A DNA stretch of 63,660 bases, filler included, from Stramenopiles sp. TOSAG23-2 (Eukaryota): NCBI GenBank assembly GCA_900128395.1. It is 8 parts of 8 records of this genome, joined end to end, with 100 filler letters (N's around TTAATTAATTAA, not from the genome) between each part and the next. Parts side by side here need not be neighbours in the genome. Positions count along the whole stretch, not along the records: positions 1 to 26,826 come from LT649427.1; positions 26,927 to 53,729 come from LT649428.1; 6 more parts are not named here. One strand, 5' to 3'. The first letter of the stretch is position 1; each line of letters begins with the position of its first letter. The notes below the pieces were generated by a model that saw only the letters and a list, made by a program, of their open reading frames with translations, was not told the DNA's origin and ran no database searches. The position numbers were made by a program, and so were the translations under genes. This document shows positions 24,683-35,820 of this stretch, in pieces.

Positions 24683-25242
24683 GTTTTATATGTATATTGT
24701 TTTTGGTTTTGGTTTTGTTATTAAAATGAATAAGTTTTTTTAACGTATGTTTTTTGTTTTGTTGTTTTGTTTTTATAATGTTTATATATGAACACTGTGT
24801 GTATCTGTATATGATATATATATATATATCGATATATTAAATATATATATATATTTGGACTGTTTATTCATTTATCGAATAAGATAGATTAAAAATTATT
24901 AAATTACAATGGATATATCATTAGAGGAGATGGAGGACTTTTAACAACAGCCCTTCATCAGTGTGCTTCAAGTGCCGTGTAGTAAAATTTACAATTAGAA
25001 CAATAGGAAATCAATACTCAAATTTACCTATCAAATTTTCAACTGTAACACTTACTACTAAACTATCAAAACGGCCCCTATGAAGGTATTGTTTTCTTCA
25101 GATTTCGAGATTTCCTAGGAAATTTCCCGTTATTTTATCGATAGCTGTACTATTCCCATGTTATTCTGACTACGTAAGTTCAGATAAAGATCCACGTCGT
25201 GCACACGTATGAAAAAATGAAAAACTAAAAATCAGAAATCAG

Positions 25243-25330
25243 TACAGTGTAGCAGTAGTGTAGAAATATACACACTCCCTAGCTTTTCACAGCGGAAAAG
25301 CTAGGGAGTGTGTAATGATACTACACTGTA
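25243..25330. repeat. Perfect 20-bp hairpin with outer 10-bp arms
   Basis: tacacactccctagcttttc (25269-25288), acagcg loop, gaaaagctagggagtgtgta (25295-25314); outer arms tacagtgtag / ctacactgta. Confidence 0.9.
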
Positions 25331-25770
25331 AAGGCAGTAATTATAGATATCAGGAATGCTACATATGTATAGAATGTATTCTAAGTACATTATTTTATAG
25401 TGTTAGTGCTAAATTATATATGTACATAGACACAGCATTAAGATTATTTTTACCTTAACCATCACAGAAGTGGCCAAGCCAGCCTTATTATTAGCTCTAG
25501 TTCTACTAGTGCAGAGAGAGAGGTATAATGGATTTTGACCAAATTTAGACCAATAATAGGTGCAATACATAGATACGTTGTTTATAAATATTTATAAGTA
25601 CTAAAAAAACATGTACACATCCAAATATATTCATGTATCATATAGAGAGAAGGACAAAACTATTATAAACTAATCACATAGAAAATACATTATAGAAACA
25701 TTTTAATAAAATGTCTATACCAAGACGTGCACGTATATTTGGACAACCAACTAAGTTACAACGTGATGCT

Positions 25771-26230
25771 TTAATTTTCTATGTGAACAATATCAGTTTC
25801 GCTTTGGCCTTCCGCATTAATTAATAAAAATTTAAATTGATATACGCCAATTTCTGTGAGGCCTAATATTTTTGTTGTTTTATTATGAGGGGCAGTTATG
25901 ATCGGGTTTGAGCTTGGAGGCTTTGAAACGATACTCCATTCGTACATACATTTGTCACACGAATTTGAATATACACCTGTTGTTTCAAGTCTGCGACTGG
26001 TAGCAACACTTTTCATACCATTATCAGGAATGGCATCGTCTCCGCCGTCCAGCATTCCACCCTTTATCACAATTAGTTGCATCCGGATATCCAGCTCGTG
26101 CACATGGGTTGCTACCAGTTGCTCTGTGAGAGCAACAATGACCACCTCAATCACTTGGTACACAATACCCACATCCAGAAGTTGAAGTGCATGTCAGGTA
26201 ATCCAGGATATACATGTGTATGTCCACCTG
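25771..26230 (-). pseudogene. Decayed fragment of an extracellular Cys-rich plus PKD-like protein
   Basis: YEWSIVSKP...TTKILGLTEIGVYQFKFLLINAEGQSETDIVHI is PKD-like. The upstream Cys-rich frame (CTSTSGCGYCVPSD*GGHCC) has a stop and a frameshift. Confidence 0.5.
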
Positions 26231-26826
26231 GATTTTTTTTTCTTCGTGAGGTTCTATTCACTACAAAAATTGTACTTGATAGAATATATTGAATTTGATA
26301 GATTTTGGAAAAGTTCAGAGTTCCGGGTAGCTCTCTTAATGCTATTTCATGCTATTGTCTAAAGAGTGTGTGTATGTGCCAGAGTTGATGGATGGCCTTG
26401 AATAAAATATAACTATTTTCGGAAATTTATGTTATCAAAAAATTAAAAATATACGTTTTTGTCATTTTGGTTAAATATAAGTATAAGATAGACTACATCA
26501 TGTTGATAGGTGCCATTTTCACTTCGAGTAGGGTTTCCTGAGTATACTTTTACTAATTTACACGAGATGATATTTGTCGAGATATTCTCTTTGGCATGTG
26601 ATTAGTACATATAAGGTTCTTTTTTTCGTTAAAAATCCAATAGTGGTACGTTATAATTTTTCTATAATATTTTTCAATTAATTATTTTTTCCATGAAGAA
26701 AGGTGGTGTGAAAGCTGGAAAGGTAAACAACAGGTAATAATATAGTGAGATATATATACGAAGATGTAATAAAACTAAAACAAAAAGACAAATAGTTGTA
26801 TAATGTAGAGAGTAAGAAGAATAAAC

Positions 26827-26926
26827 NNNNNNNNNNNNNNNNNNNNNNNNNNNNNNNNNNNNNNNNNNNNTTAATTAATTAANNNNNNNNNNNNNNNNNN
26901 NNNNNNNNNNNNNNNNNNNNNNNNNN
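26827..26926. other. Artificial contig linker N44-TTAATTAATTAA-N44
   Basis: Exactly 100 nt with stops in all six frames; identical linker occurs 7 times. Confidence 0.99.
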
Positions 26927-27335
26927 AAGTTAATATGCTCACAATTCAATGATAGAACGAGATTCAGCAAAAACATCGTTGGTTGAAGCAAAAGAAGTAC
27001 AAAAAGAAATTGAAAAGCATTTAAAAGAAACTAGTAATATTTCACCAACGGCAAGGAAGAAAATACCAAAGAATTATTTATTATCTAGTAATGATCAAGA
27101 TAATTATTATAGTGAAAATTTTTCTTCAAGTTCTTCTTCTTCATCATCGTCGTCGTCTGATGCTGATGATTATTATGATGATGATGTGACAAACCAACAA
27201 ACGAAAAGACATATTATGTTGGCAAAACAATTAGCAAAAACAACGAAAATGACTTCATTAATAAGTGATGCAGTTTATAATCGTAATATTCAATTAGACG
27301 AGATGGAAAAAGAAGAGGGTGGCGGTGGTCCGTAA
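26927..27335 (+). CDS. 3' fragment of a hypothetical low-complexity protein (truncated by contig start)
   Basis: 128-aa ORF near the contig edge, with Ser/Asp tracts typical of this genome. Confidence 0.55.
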
Positions 27336-27645
27336 AAAAACTATCACCAAGATTTTCGTAATAGATGTTTTTTTATATTTATTGGCATTTTGGTATTTTA
27401 TATTTTATACACTCCAAATCTAGCAAAACCATTTATACATTAACATTAAATAGTATTATTATTAGAAATTTCTCGCTCGAAAATGGCTCGTTATAAAGTA
27501 TAGGGTTTAAAATGTAATTTATTTCATGTATAGGAAATAAATATCCGATGTTAGTGTAATATTATATCGCACGATCCTCTCGCGCTCACAGCACTGGTTA
27601 TTTGTTCATTACCAATAACCACATCAGTCCTGATGTGTACCTGTT

Positions 27646-27946
27646 AATCCGGAAGTAGTTAGGAACATATCATATATTGAAGTATAATAATTAGTAGTCT
27701 AAATAAGAATCACAGAAATTGAAAGCATTTTGCTGCTAACCCTGTGGCTAACTTTACGGGAAAACGTAGATTTGGACCACCAGGAAATGCCTCTGGTGCT
27801 CTGGTGTCCAGAGTCCAGAGAAACTTTACTTACCACAGGATAATTCTTTAAAAAATCGCTAAATTTCTCTTGAATATGGTGATTCTTATTTGGACTACTA
27901 ATTATTGTACTTATCTATATGCGATTTTCCTACCGACTTCCGTATT
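27646..27946. mobile_element. MITE-like element, about 300 bp with imperfect TIRs of about 65 bp
   Basis: Left cggaagtagttaggaac...aagtataataattagtagtctaaataagaatcac; right gtgattcttatttggactactaattattgtactt...ttttcctaccgacttccg. Confidence 0.75.
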
Positions 27947-28203
27947 TGTGTGGGACCATACGACATACACCGTTCTCTGGGTTCTCGGTTTTTTGGTTTA
28001 TACCCATAGTACTATATAGAGATATGTCACTACTACAGAATGCACTCACTCACATTTTACCAGTAACTTAGAACAACCATCGATGCAGTAATATCTAGAG
28101 ATTGCATACATATGATTCAAGGACTTATAAAATATAATAAAGATTCTTTCAAAATATTTATGATATCAGAATCCCAAATAAATTACCATCGTTACTTCAT
28201 ATT

Positions 28204-29241
28204 ATGGCAAAATTTAATAATAATAACATTACAAATCTACCATCTGATTTATTATCAATTTTACGTAAAAACTCAGAAATTACACAATTGTTAAAAATCA
28301 TTGATAAAAATCAACGTGTTGATTATGATAAATTAGGTATCGAAGTCAACAATGAAGAAAAACAAAAAAGAAACACTATTGGAAATCATCCTTCTTCGAC
28401 ATATTTTGATAGCTGTGATGAAATATATTGCAATAATAAAACTGGTGCAAAAGTATATGTTGGTAATGTTGAAGCTGCAAATAATACAAAACAATTAAAT
28501 GAATTACAAATTTTTAATATCGTAGATTGTCGTGCTGGATTTTCGAAACCTTTCTTTCATGAAATTGCATCTAATCATAACAAATTACATGTGGAAGATA
28601 GTTTTAACAATTGGGATATGTTAATAAAAAATAGTCCAAAAACCCGTAGACGTTTTCGTTTCCAAGTTGAAAGACATTGGTCATATCATTACGATCCTAT
28701 CAAAAATAAAATTATAAGTTGTGATGATAATAAAGTATTAGTAAATAATTGTCCTCCATTTTCAACCTATTCTTCTTCGGTATTTTTAAAGGAAGAAACA
28801 ACTATCTTAAAGCAAGAAGAAGAAGAAGAAGAAGAAGAAGAAGGAAGGAAAAAATCAAATACAAAAGAAGAAACAATAATTTGTAAAGAAAACAAACAAG
28901 AACAAATACAAAATACTTTGTATCAAGCACATTATGTAAAAGTAAAAGATAATAATGATGCGGTAGTTCTTTTTTTTCAACCAATTTTTGATTTTATTGA
29001 TCAATTACTATGTAATGGAAAACATGTTTTGATACATTGTTTAGCTGGTGCACATCGTGCAGGTACAACAGCAATTGCATATTTAATGTATAAAAAGAAA
29101 ATATCCTTACAAAAAGCAATTGTATTAGCAAAATTACGAAGATCTGTTATTGATCCAGTTGGCAGTTTTCCAGCTCTTCTAATCCGATTGGAATTAGGAT
29201 TATCAACAAGAAAAAAGAACGACGCCAAAAAGTATGTTTAA
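28204..29241 (+). CDS. Dual-specificity protein phosphatase
   Basis: KVYVGNVEAA, VLIHCLAGAHRAGT (CX5R), AYLM...A...K.RR..IDP. Confidence 0.9.
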   Translation: MAKFNNNNITNLPSDLLSILRKNSEITQLLKIIDKNQRVDYDKLGIEVNNEEKQKRNTIGNHPSSTYFDSCDEIYCNNKTGAKVYVGNVEAANNTKQLNELQIFNIVDCRAGFSKPFFHEIASNHNKLHVEDSFNNWDMLIKNSPKTRRRFRFQVERHWSYHYDPIKNKIISCDDNKVLVNNCPPFSTYSSSVFLKEETTILKQEEEEEEEEEGRKKSNTKEETIICKENKQEQIQNTLYQAHYVKVKDNNDAVVLFFQPIFDFIDQLLCNGKHVLIHCLAGAHRAGTTAIAYLMYKKKISLQKAIVLAKLRRSVIDPVGSFPALLIRLELGLSTRKKNDAKKYV

Positions 29242-29605
29242 ATCTATTAAAATATAAAATATTATTGAAATTGATAGTATATTTTGTACTATTAAATTAC
29301 TAACACTACTGTTTTCGACTCCTATATATCACCATAATATCAGCGAACACCCTATGTAATTTCTGTAGTCTACTAAGCTTATCACTCTGAAATTTCAGTA
29401 CCGGGGATTACAAGGTAATGCAAATCCCTTAAAATTTTCAAAATTCCTAAAAATTAAAAAATTCAAAACAACAAACAAAAAATAATAACCAGGTATACAT
29501 ATATATATATATACTTTCATATCAAAAATTCTGTGAGGCAATAATAGTTTTCATTCTTTATACGTTCGATGATTCATTATTTAACGTTATTAAAAAAGTA
29601 CCAAC

Positions 29606-31403
29606 ATGATAAAGTATAGAATATTTCATAAGATATTAAATAAAAGTCCTCAATTGTTGAAATTAATTAAATACAATAAGCAACAACAATATGTTAAATA
29701 TAAATGTATATATAAATTCAATAAAGAATATAGTACTCTACGTAAAATGAATAAATACTATAATACTTTAAGCATATTTAACCTTAGAACAAACATGTTT
29801 CGAGTTCGATGGATTGGTGTTGGTATGTTTGTTGGCCTTACAATCTTTGGTGGGTCAGCATTAAATAATCGAGAGGAGGCAGAAGCTCCATTAACAAAAA
29901 ACGAAGATGCAACGGTTGTAGTTGATGGTGGGTTCAATGATAATATTGTAAATTTTTCTGAGTTGATGGAACGATATGTCTGGAATAACTACTCGCTTTT
30001 GCCTACTTGGCAAATGTGTAAAGTGGAACTTAATAATGATCTACTCTTATTATCAAATTCTTACACTAAGAAAGATATTGTAAATAATATTGGCAAAAAT
30101 CTAAAAGCAAATGGAAAACGCTTAGTTGCCATACCTACTTTAAATACTGAGGTTGAAGAAAAAAATGGCAGCATCACATCTTACAAGTATTTAGAAATAA
30201 AAACATCGAATGGTGATGTGGAATATCTCCGAAATCATACCTCGCGTAGCGTCAATAAACACGAGTTAAAACAGAGCATAGTGGACGACGAAGAAAATGA
30301 TATGCAAATGATTGGAAAATTAAAAAATCTGCTTATACATGATGAAGAAAAAAACAATAATAATCATCTTAAAAGATTTGTGGATGTAACGTTTCCATCC
30401 AATTGGACAGGCGATTTATATACGATAAAGAAGGTATTACTAAATAACAAATCAAAAGAATATAAAAAAGTTGAAGAGCTGGTATTAAAAAACCAAGCAA
30501 AAACTAGGAAAAACAACATTAATGGGACTTTTGTAAAGGGTAAAATTAAAGTAAAAAATATATATCGAATTCAATCACCAAAAGTATGGGAGTGTTATAT
30601 GATGAGAAAACGAGGTAAGTAATTGTATCTGGTAATGTATCTCGTATATATATGCATGATGGTTAAAATCTCGTATATATATATAAAATCTTCTCTCACA
30701 TCATAAGAATCTTTTCATATATTTGCCATCATACTTTACAGCCATTGAAGCAACTAATCATGGAGATCCAAATGAAAAATATCTATTTCATGGTTCTACA
30801 TATATATCAACAATTATCAGACATGGTTTAGATCCACGCGTTTGTTGCTTGTATGGGATGATTGGGGGGGGAGTTTATTTTGCATCAAAGTCAACCAAAT
30901 CAGCTCGATATTCACAATGTTGTAAACCTGGTGATTCTGGTAGTATGTTTTTGTGTAGAGTTTCTTTGGGAAAAGAGAAAGTAGCATTGATGCCATATAG
31001 ATCAATCCGTCGACCTCCACAACCATGGTGGGGATTTCCGACTGAATTTATGTCATGGTTGAAAGATCAAGAATTTCATTCTGTCTATGTGGTAAGTTAA
31101 AAAGTTTTTCTTTCTTGTGTCAATCTTATTTATAATAAAATCTTATAATATGAAATGATATATTAATATTATTACATATATATATATATATGATATGATA
31201 GAAATTTTGGCTAACATTCAATTGTGTCAATATAAATACAAAAATATATACTATATATATGTAATATATTTGTAATATTGTGCATATTCGGCCAAGCACA
31301 GCCAGCAGAACGTGGGTTTTTGCAATTAAAAATGGATGAATATGTGTGTTTTCATACTAATCAAGGATATCCAGAGTATTTGATAGATTTTCAATTACAA
31401 TAA
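29606..31403 (+). CDS. PARP/ADP-ribosyltransferase catalytic-domain protein, three exons (29606-30614, 30742-31091, 31302-31403)
   Basis: GT-AG introns keep the frame. IYRIQSPKVWECY, NEKYLFHGS, GMIGGGVYFA, S..YS, MFLCRVSLG, DEYV.F..NQGYPEYLI.F give the H-Y-E triad. Basic N-terminus plus one TM. Confidence 0.9.
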
Positions 31404-31489
31404 AATTAGAATCTCTGCGTATTCATAGAAACAAAAAGAGATAAAAAAATACACGAGTATATATTTATAAATTTTAATAATATAAATAT

Positions 31490-31797
31490 TGGTTAAAATC
31501 TAAGTTATAATAATTTTACACTTCTCGTGTTAAAGTAATATGCTCAATACTCAATCGCAAGAATAATATGCTATCCTACTATAATAAAGCTCTCCTGACG
31601 TCGCCGCAAGCTCTCATGCGCCACCGCAAGCTAATACTCCATAAGCACAAGTAGGTCTGAATCCAGTATAACACACTCGATGAAAGTGGTGTGAATAGTC
31701 CATAGGTTTTCCAAAGTTTGGTGGTTTTGAATTCCCCAGGGGTGGATTCATAGCAACCATTGTCTTGGGTGACAATAGGTTGTGGTTGCAATGCACA
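31490..31797 (+). repeat. Dispersed repeat family B, longest copy
   Basis: ggttaaaatctaagttataataattttacacttctcgtgttaaagtaatatgctcaatactcaatcgcaagaataa...gcaagctaatactccataagcacaagtagg is shared with 53490-53729. The part beyond about 31660 has no second copy here. Confidence 0.8.
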
Positions 31798-31831
31798 AAA
31801 TTATCACGTAATATATTTTAAAAAAAAATTT

Positions 31832-32737
31832 TTATCTTCCACCACCATTTCTGAAATTATCAGCAATACCTGATCCATATCCAACAAGAAGCACACTTGG
31901 AATACCAAAAAACCATTTAAAATTTTCTGCAATAGAAATAGTTCCTTTCAATTCTTTCACAACTTGTTTTGTATTTTTATTCAATGTTATTAAATAAGGA
32001 TTGCTACATGTTATATGTTCATCATCTGGACGTTGAAAAAAATATGTACCTCCAAATATAAATGCACTATCATCTTTACATAATACTTCCACCTTTACAT
32101 CCGTTCCAAGTAAAACAGGATCAAAATTGTATGATGATACACCATCGCTATTTTTAGCTTTTGCCATGTCAAGTACTAACGCACGATGTTGCATTTTCAA
32201 AGCTTGAGATGCAGCTGAATCACCTACTGGTTCATATTTTTCATATATTTTTTTCAAACCAAATTCATCTAAACTAGCAGAATCGTTCAAATTTTCTATA
32301 TACATGGATTGTGTTGCAAAAGAATCTTCTTGTTTAATACGTATATCGTTGCTTTTATCCCTCATAACTCTTGCAAACGATTTATATTCACTACAGACAA
32401 CAGTTGATTTTTTTCGTTGTTCCTGTAATATAGTACATTTAAATAAATTATTAACCGTTGTTACTTTTTTATAAACAGGCTTATATTCTCTTTGTATTCT
32501 TTTTGGGCATTCATCCAATGAAAGTGTTGCATTACTATCTATTATACCTTGAACAACGTATTCATTATTTGTATCTGTTTCTTTATCATCAGAGGGTGGT
32601 TGTAATTCAATAATATCAATTTTATTACAGGCTCTTAATTTTTGTATTCTATATCTTTCATGATATGATACATAATATGCAATAGATGATATACCCAAAC
32701 CAATTGATCCAGCAACTAAAGCAACATATTGTGACAT
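31832..32737 (-). CDS. GIDE-domain (MUL1/SP1-like) two-TM protein lacking a RING
   Basis: N-terminal TM, YVVQGII, G..VKVEVL...AFIFG, PYLIT...VVKEL, then a C-terminal TM. The layout matches the GIDE domain. Confidence 0.55.
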   Translation of the reverse strand: MSQYVALVAGSIGLGISSIAYYVSYHERYRIQKLRACNKIDIIELQPPSDDKETDTNNEYVVQGIIDSNATLSLDECPKRIQREYKPVYKKVTTVNNLFKCTILQEQRKKSTVVCSEYKSFARVMRDKSNDIRIKQEDSFATQSMYIENLNDSASLDEFGLKKIYEKYEPVGDSAASQALKMQHRALVLDMAKAKNSDGVSSYNFDPVLLGTDVKVEVLCKDDSAFIFGGTYFFQRPDDEHITCSNPYLITLNKNTKQVVKELKGTISIAENFKWFFGIPSVLLVGYGSGIADNFRNGGGR

Positions 32738-33194
32738 TTATTATTTATTGATATATTGTTATTTATATTGTTATCAATTTATATAATGTTGGAAAAAAAC
32801 AAAAGAAAAAACAACTCTGTCTGTGATCACAAAATTAATCATACACACACAATATTATTATATGTATATGATTTACTTTTACTCTCTCCATTAGCACACT
32901 ACTAATCATACAGATGTTTGCAACCAACACCGGACAGTGAGAGAGAGAGTTACTGTACGTGCATATACACACAACAATATCTTTTTTTTTTTTTGTTCTA
33001 TGTACCATGGCCTATTTAAGGATTTTATATAATAATAATTTTCTCTCTGAAAACTACTATAGGATAGCAACACTACTCTAACTCTGCTGGTGGTGCGTCG
33101 GCCTGAGTATATCTGGAAAAGAGTTGGTGCTATGACAGTGCTAATATCGGATATTTATATTGACACATATCTATTAGTTTTGTAATTTCGGTCA

Positions 33195-33350
33195 ACTGGC
33201 AATAGCTTTTTGCACAAAATATGGTATTTCAGTGCTGTGTAATGCTTAAAAGCTATTGCCAGTAAAGAAAATTTGTCTGGGAGCTATACCATCACGGTGG
33301 TAGCTCTATTAACTGGCTAACCAGCTAACTAACTGGCTAACCAGCTAACC
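33195..33350. repeat. Hairpin cluster plus 20-bp tandem duplication
   Basis: actggcaatagctttt (33195) / aaaagctattgccagt (33248-33263); gagctatacc...ggtggtagctc; (aactggctaaccagctaac)x2. Confidence 0.8.
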
Positions 33351-33709
33351 ACAAATTCAACAAAAAAATATTATATATTACAAGATATACCGTATGAAGA
33401 TATTTTAATATAATAAAGAAATATGTATGTCGTATATTACATATGTGTGTAGTAAATAGGTAAACAAAATATTATTTAGATAAAATAACATTTTAAACAT
33501 ATTATAATATTATAATTAATCGTTATTTGTGTGTATCCTTGTTTTTTTTTTTTTTGCGAAAAGTACATACATACATAAAACAAATTTCAATATTTTTATT
33601 ATAGTGCATTTGTAGTAAAAATTATTATATATATATTTGTATTATTTGTAATCTCAACTAATAATAAATCAGAAAATTAATTTTATATAATAAATAAAAA
33701 TAGAATAAT

Positions 33710-34882
33710 ATGGTATCCACCGGTATAGCGTTACTATGTTGTGGAATTGCTGTATTCTTTTTTGGATCGAATTTTGTACCAGTCAAAACAGTTGAAACTG
33801 GGGATGGAGTTTTCTTCAGTTTTGTGCTTTGTACAGGGATATTCTTTGTCGGTATTATTATTAATGCCGTTGAAGGTTTTCCTGAGTTTGAACCTTGGGC
33901 CATGTTAGGTGGCGCCATTTGGTGTACTGGCAATTTGATGTCTGTGCCAACAATTAAATTGATTGGTTTATCCTTGGGTATGTTATTATGGGGAACTACT
34001 AATATGTTGGTTGGATGGGCCACGGGAAGGTTTGGCCTATTTGGTGTCAACCCACAATTAGCCTGTGATCCAGAAGATGCAAATCAAGCAGAAAGCTCTT
34101 GCATACATGATGTAGGTTTAAATTACGTTGGTATGATCTTAGCTTGCATATCTTTAGTTATTTATGTATTTGTTGAACCTGAAGATATGGAGAAACATGA
34201 AACAAGTAGTCGTGAAAGCGATTCGGATCGCTTGTTAGACCATGTACGCAATGAGGATTACATGAGTTTCATGCCAACCCCACGTATTATATCAAACCAG
34301 CCATTTCGCGAAGTTGTAAACCAAGTTCCAAGTTTTCATGAGGATTTGGATAAATTAGCCGATGTTGAAGGTAATATTATCAGACCAACAGCAGTTGGTA
34401 AAATCGATCGTTTAAGCAAAGCATCGAAAAGGCTTCTTGGTATCCTGTTGGCTTGTACATCTGGATTGTTTTACGGATCCAATTTAACACCACCACAAGT
34501 TGAGCATGATCATGGTGGTGACCAGAATTTAATGCATTATATATTTTCACATTTTTGTGGTATACAATTTACTATGACATTGTATTTCATAGCATATTGT
34601 ATATACAATGGTGAAAAAGCTGCTATATATCCAAAAGCGATTGTACCAGGATTTTTCTCGGGTGTTATGTGGGCTGTTGCGCAAGTGTCCTGGTTTATTG
34701 CAAATGGCGCATTGGGATTTGCAGTATCATTTCCTATCATTGCATGTGGTCCAGGGCTGGTTGCTTCGTTATGGGGTATTTTTGTTTTTGGTGAAATTAG
34801 AGGAACACGCAATTATATTGTTATCTCTATTGCAGGTCTTTTTACCGTATGTTCTGGTATTATTATTGGATTGAGTAAATAA
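33710..34882 (+). CDS. TMEM144: Transmembrane protein 144 (DMT-superfamily sugar-transporter-like)
   Basis: FFGSNFVPVK..TGDGVFF, FEPWAMLGGAIWCTGN..VPTIKLIGL.LG.LLWG, YIFSHFCGI, WFIAN..L...VSFPII..GPGLVASLWG..VF.EI.G.RN. Confidence 0.92.
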   Translation: MVSTGIALLCCGIAVFFFGSNFVPVKTVETGDGVFFSFVLCTGIFFVGIIINAVEGFPEFEPWAMLGGAIWCTGNLMSVPTIKLIGLSLGMLLWGTTNMLVGWATGRFGLFGVNPQLACDPEDANQAESSCIHDVGLNYVGMILACISLVIYVFVEPEDMEKHETSSRESDSDRLLDHVRNEDYMSFMPTPRIISNQPFREVVNQVPSFHEDLDKLADVEGNIIRPTAVGKIDRLSKASKRLLGILLACTSGLFYGSNLTPPQVEHDHGGDQNLMHYIFSHFCGIQFTMTLYFIAYCIYNGEKAAIYPKAIVPGFFSGVMWAVAQVSWFIANGALGFAVSFPIIACGPGLVASLWGIFVFGEIRGTRNYIVISIAGLFTVCSGIIIGLSK

Positions 34883-35820
34883 ACGACGCACATCAGTAAA
34901 TTACTTTTAATAAAAATAATGATGTTGTACGTCTTTTAAAATCCTTGAATTTTTTAATATATCTCTCTCAAAAATATTCTATATATAATTAAGTGTGATA
35001 ATTATCAATACGGTATTTTTTAATATAGTGTACAAAATAAATACGTACGCGGCAGCAAGCAAATGTACTCTGGACACCAGCAGAGATTTTCCTTGCCAGT
35101 ACAAATGGGCACAACCGAGTCAAAACTGTACACACACCTCACTTAATTTTGATCATACAGCCACCCCTGATCAGATGCGTTAGCATAAACATAGCATTAA
35201 AATCACAAAATTTAGAGTTAGTACTCATGGTGCCATGCAGGGTTTAATCGTTTTTAAGTTACCAAACTGACTATTTAGAGTGGAATAGTAATTATAATAT
35301 CCGATAATTAGTAATTATTGACTATTTCCAGAATCTTATTCTATGATTATTTTTATATGATAAAAATTCCTGAAATGTTATTGATTTTTTTAAGGCAAAA
35401 TCCATCATTTTAAAAGGAAGAAAGATTCCAGCACAAGTGTCAGTCTTTCATTTTTTGCACTATAATATCGCACAATCCGGATTGTTGCGATTTTCTCTTT
35501 TCTCTTCTCTTTTTTCTTCTTATTACCAGGCATGTACTGTTATATAATAATCTCTCTTTCAAAAATAATAATGGCACGCCACGTTTAAAAAAAAAATAAT
35601 AAAAGAATGATGAACACATTGTTGGACGTTCTATACTATACATAGATCAACAACAAAACAATCAGGACAGATCTAAAGCGGCTATTTACAGTTCGATACA
35701 AAAATAAAAAGGATCGAAACAAATATACAGATAAACGTGTTTATATATATATATATAAATACTATATATACATAAATATACAATTATTAGTATAATTTTT
35801 TGTTGAGTTAGACGTCGATA

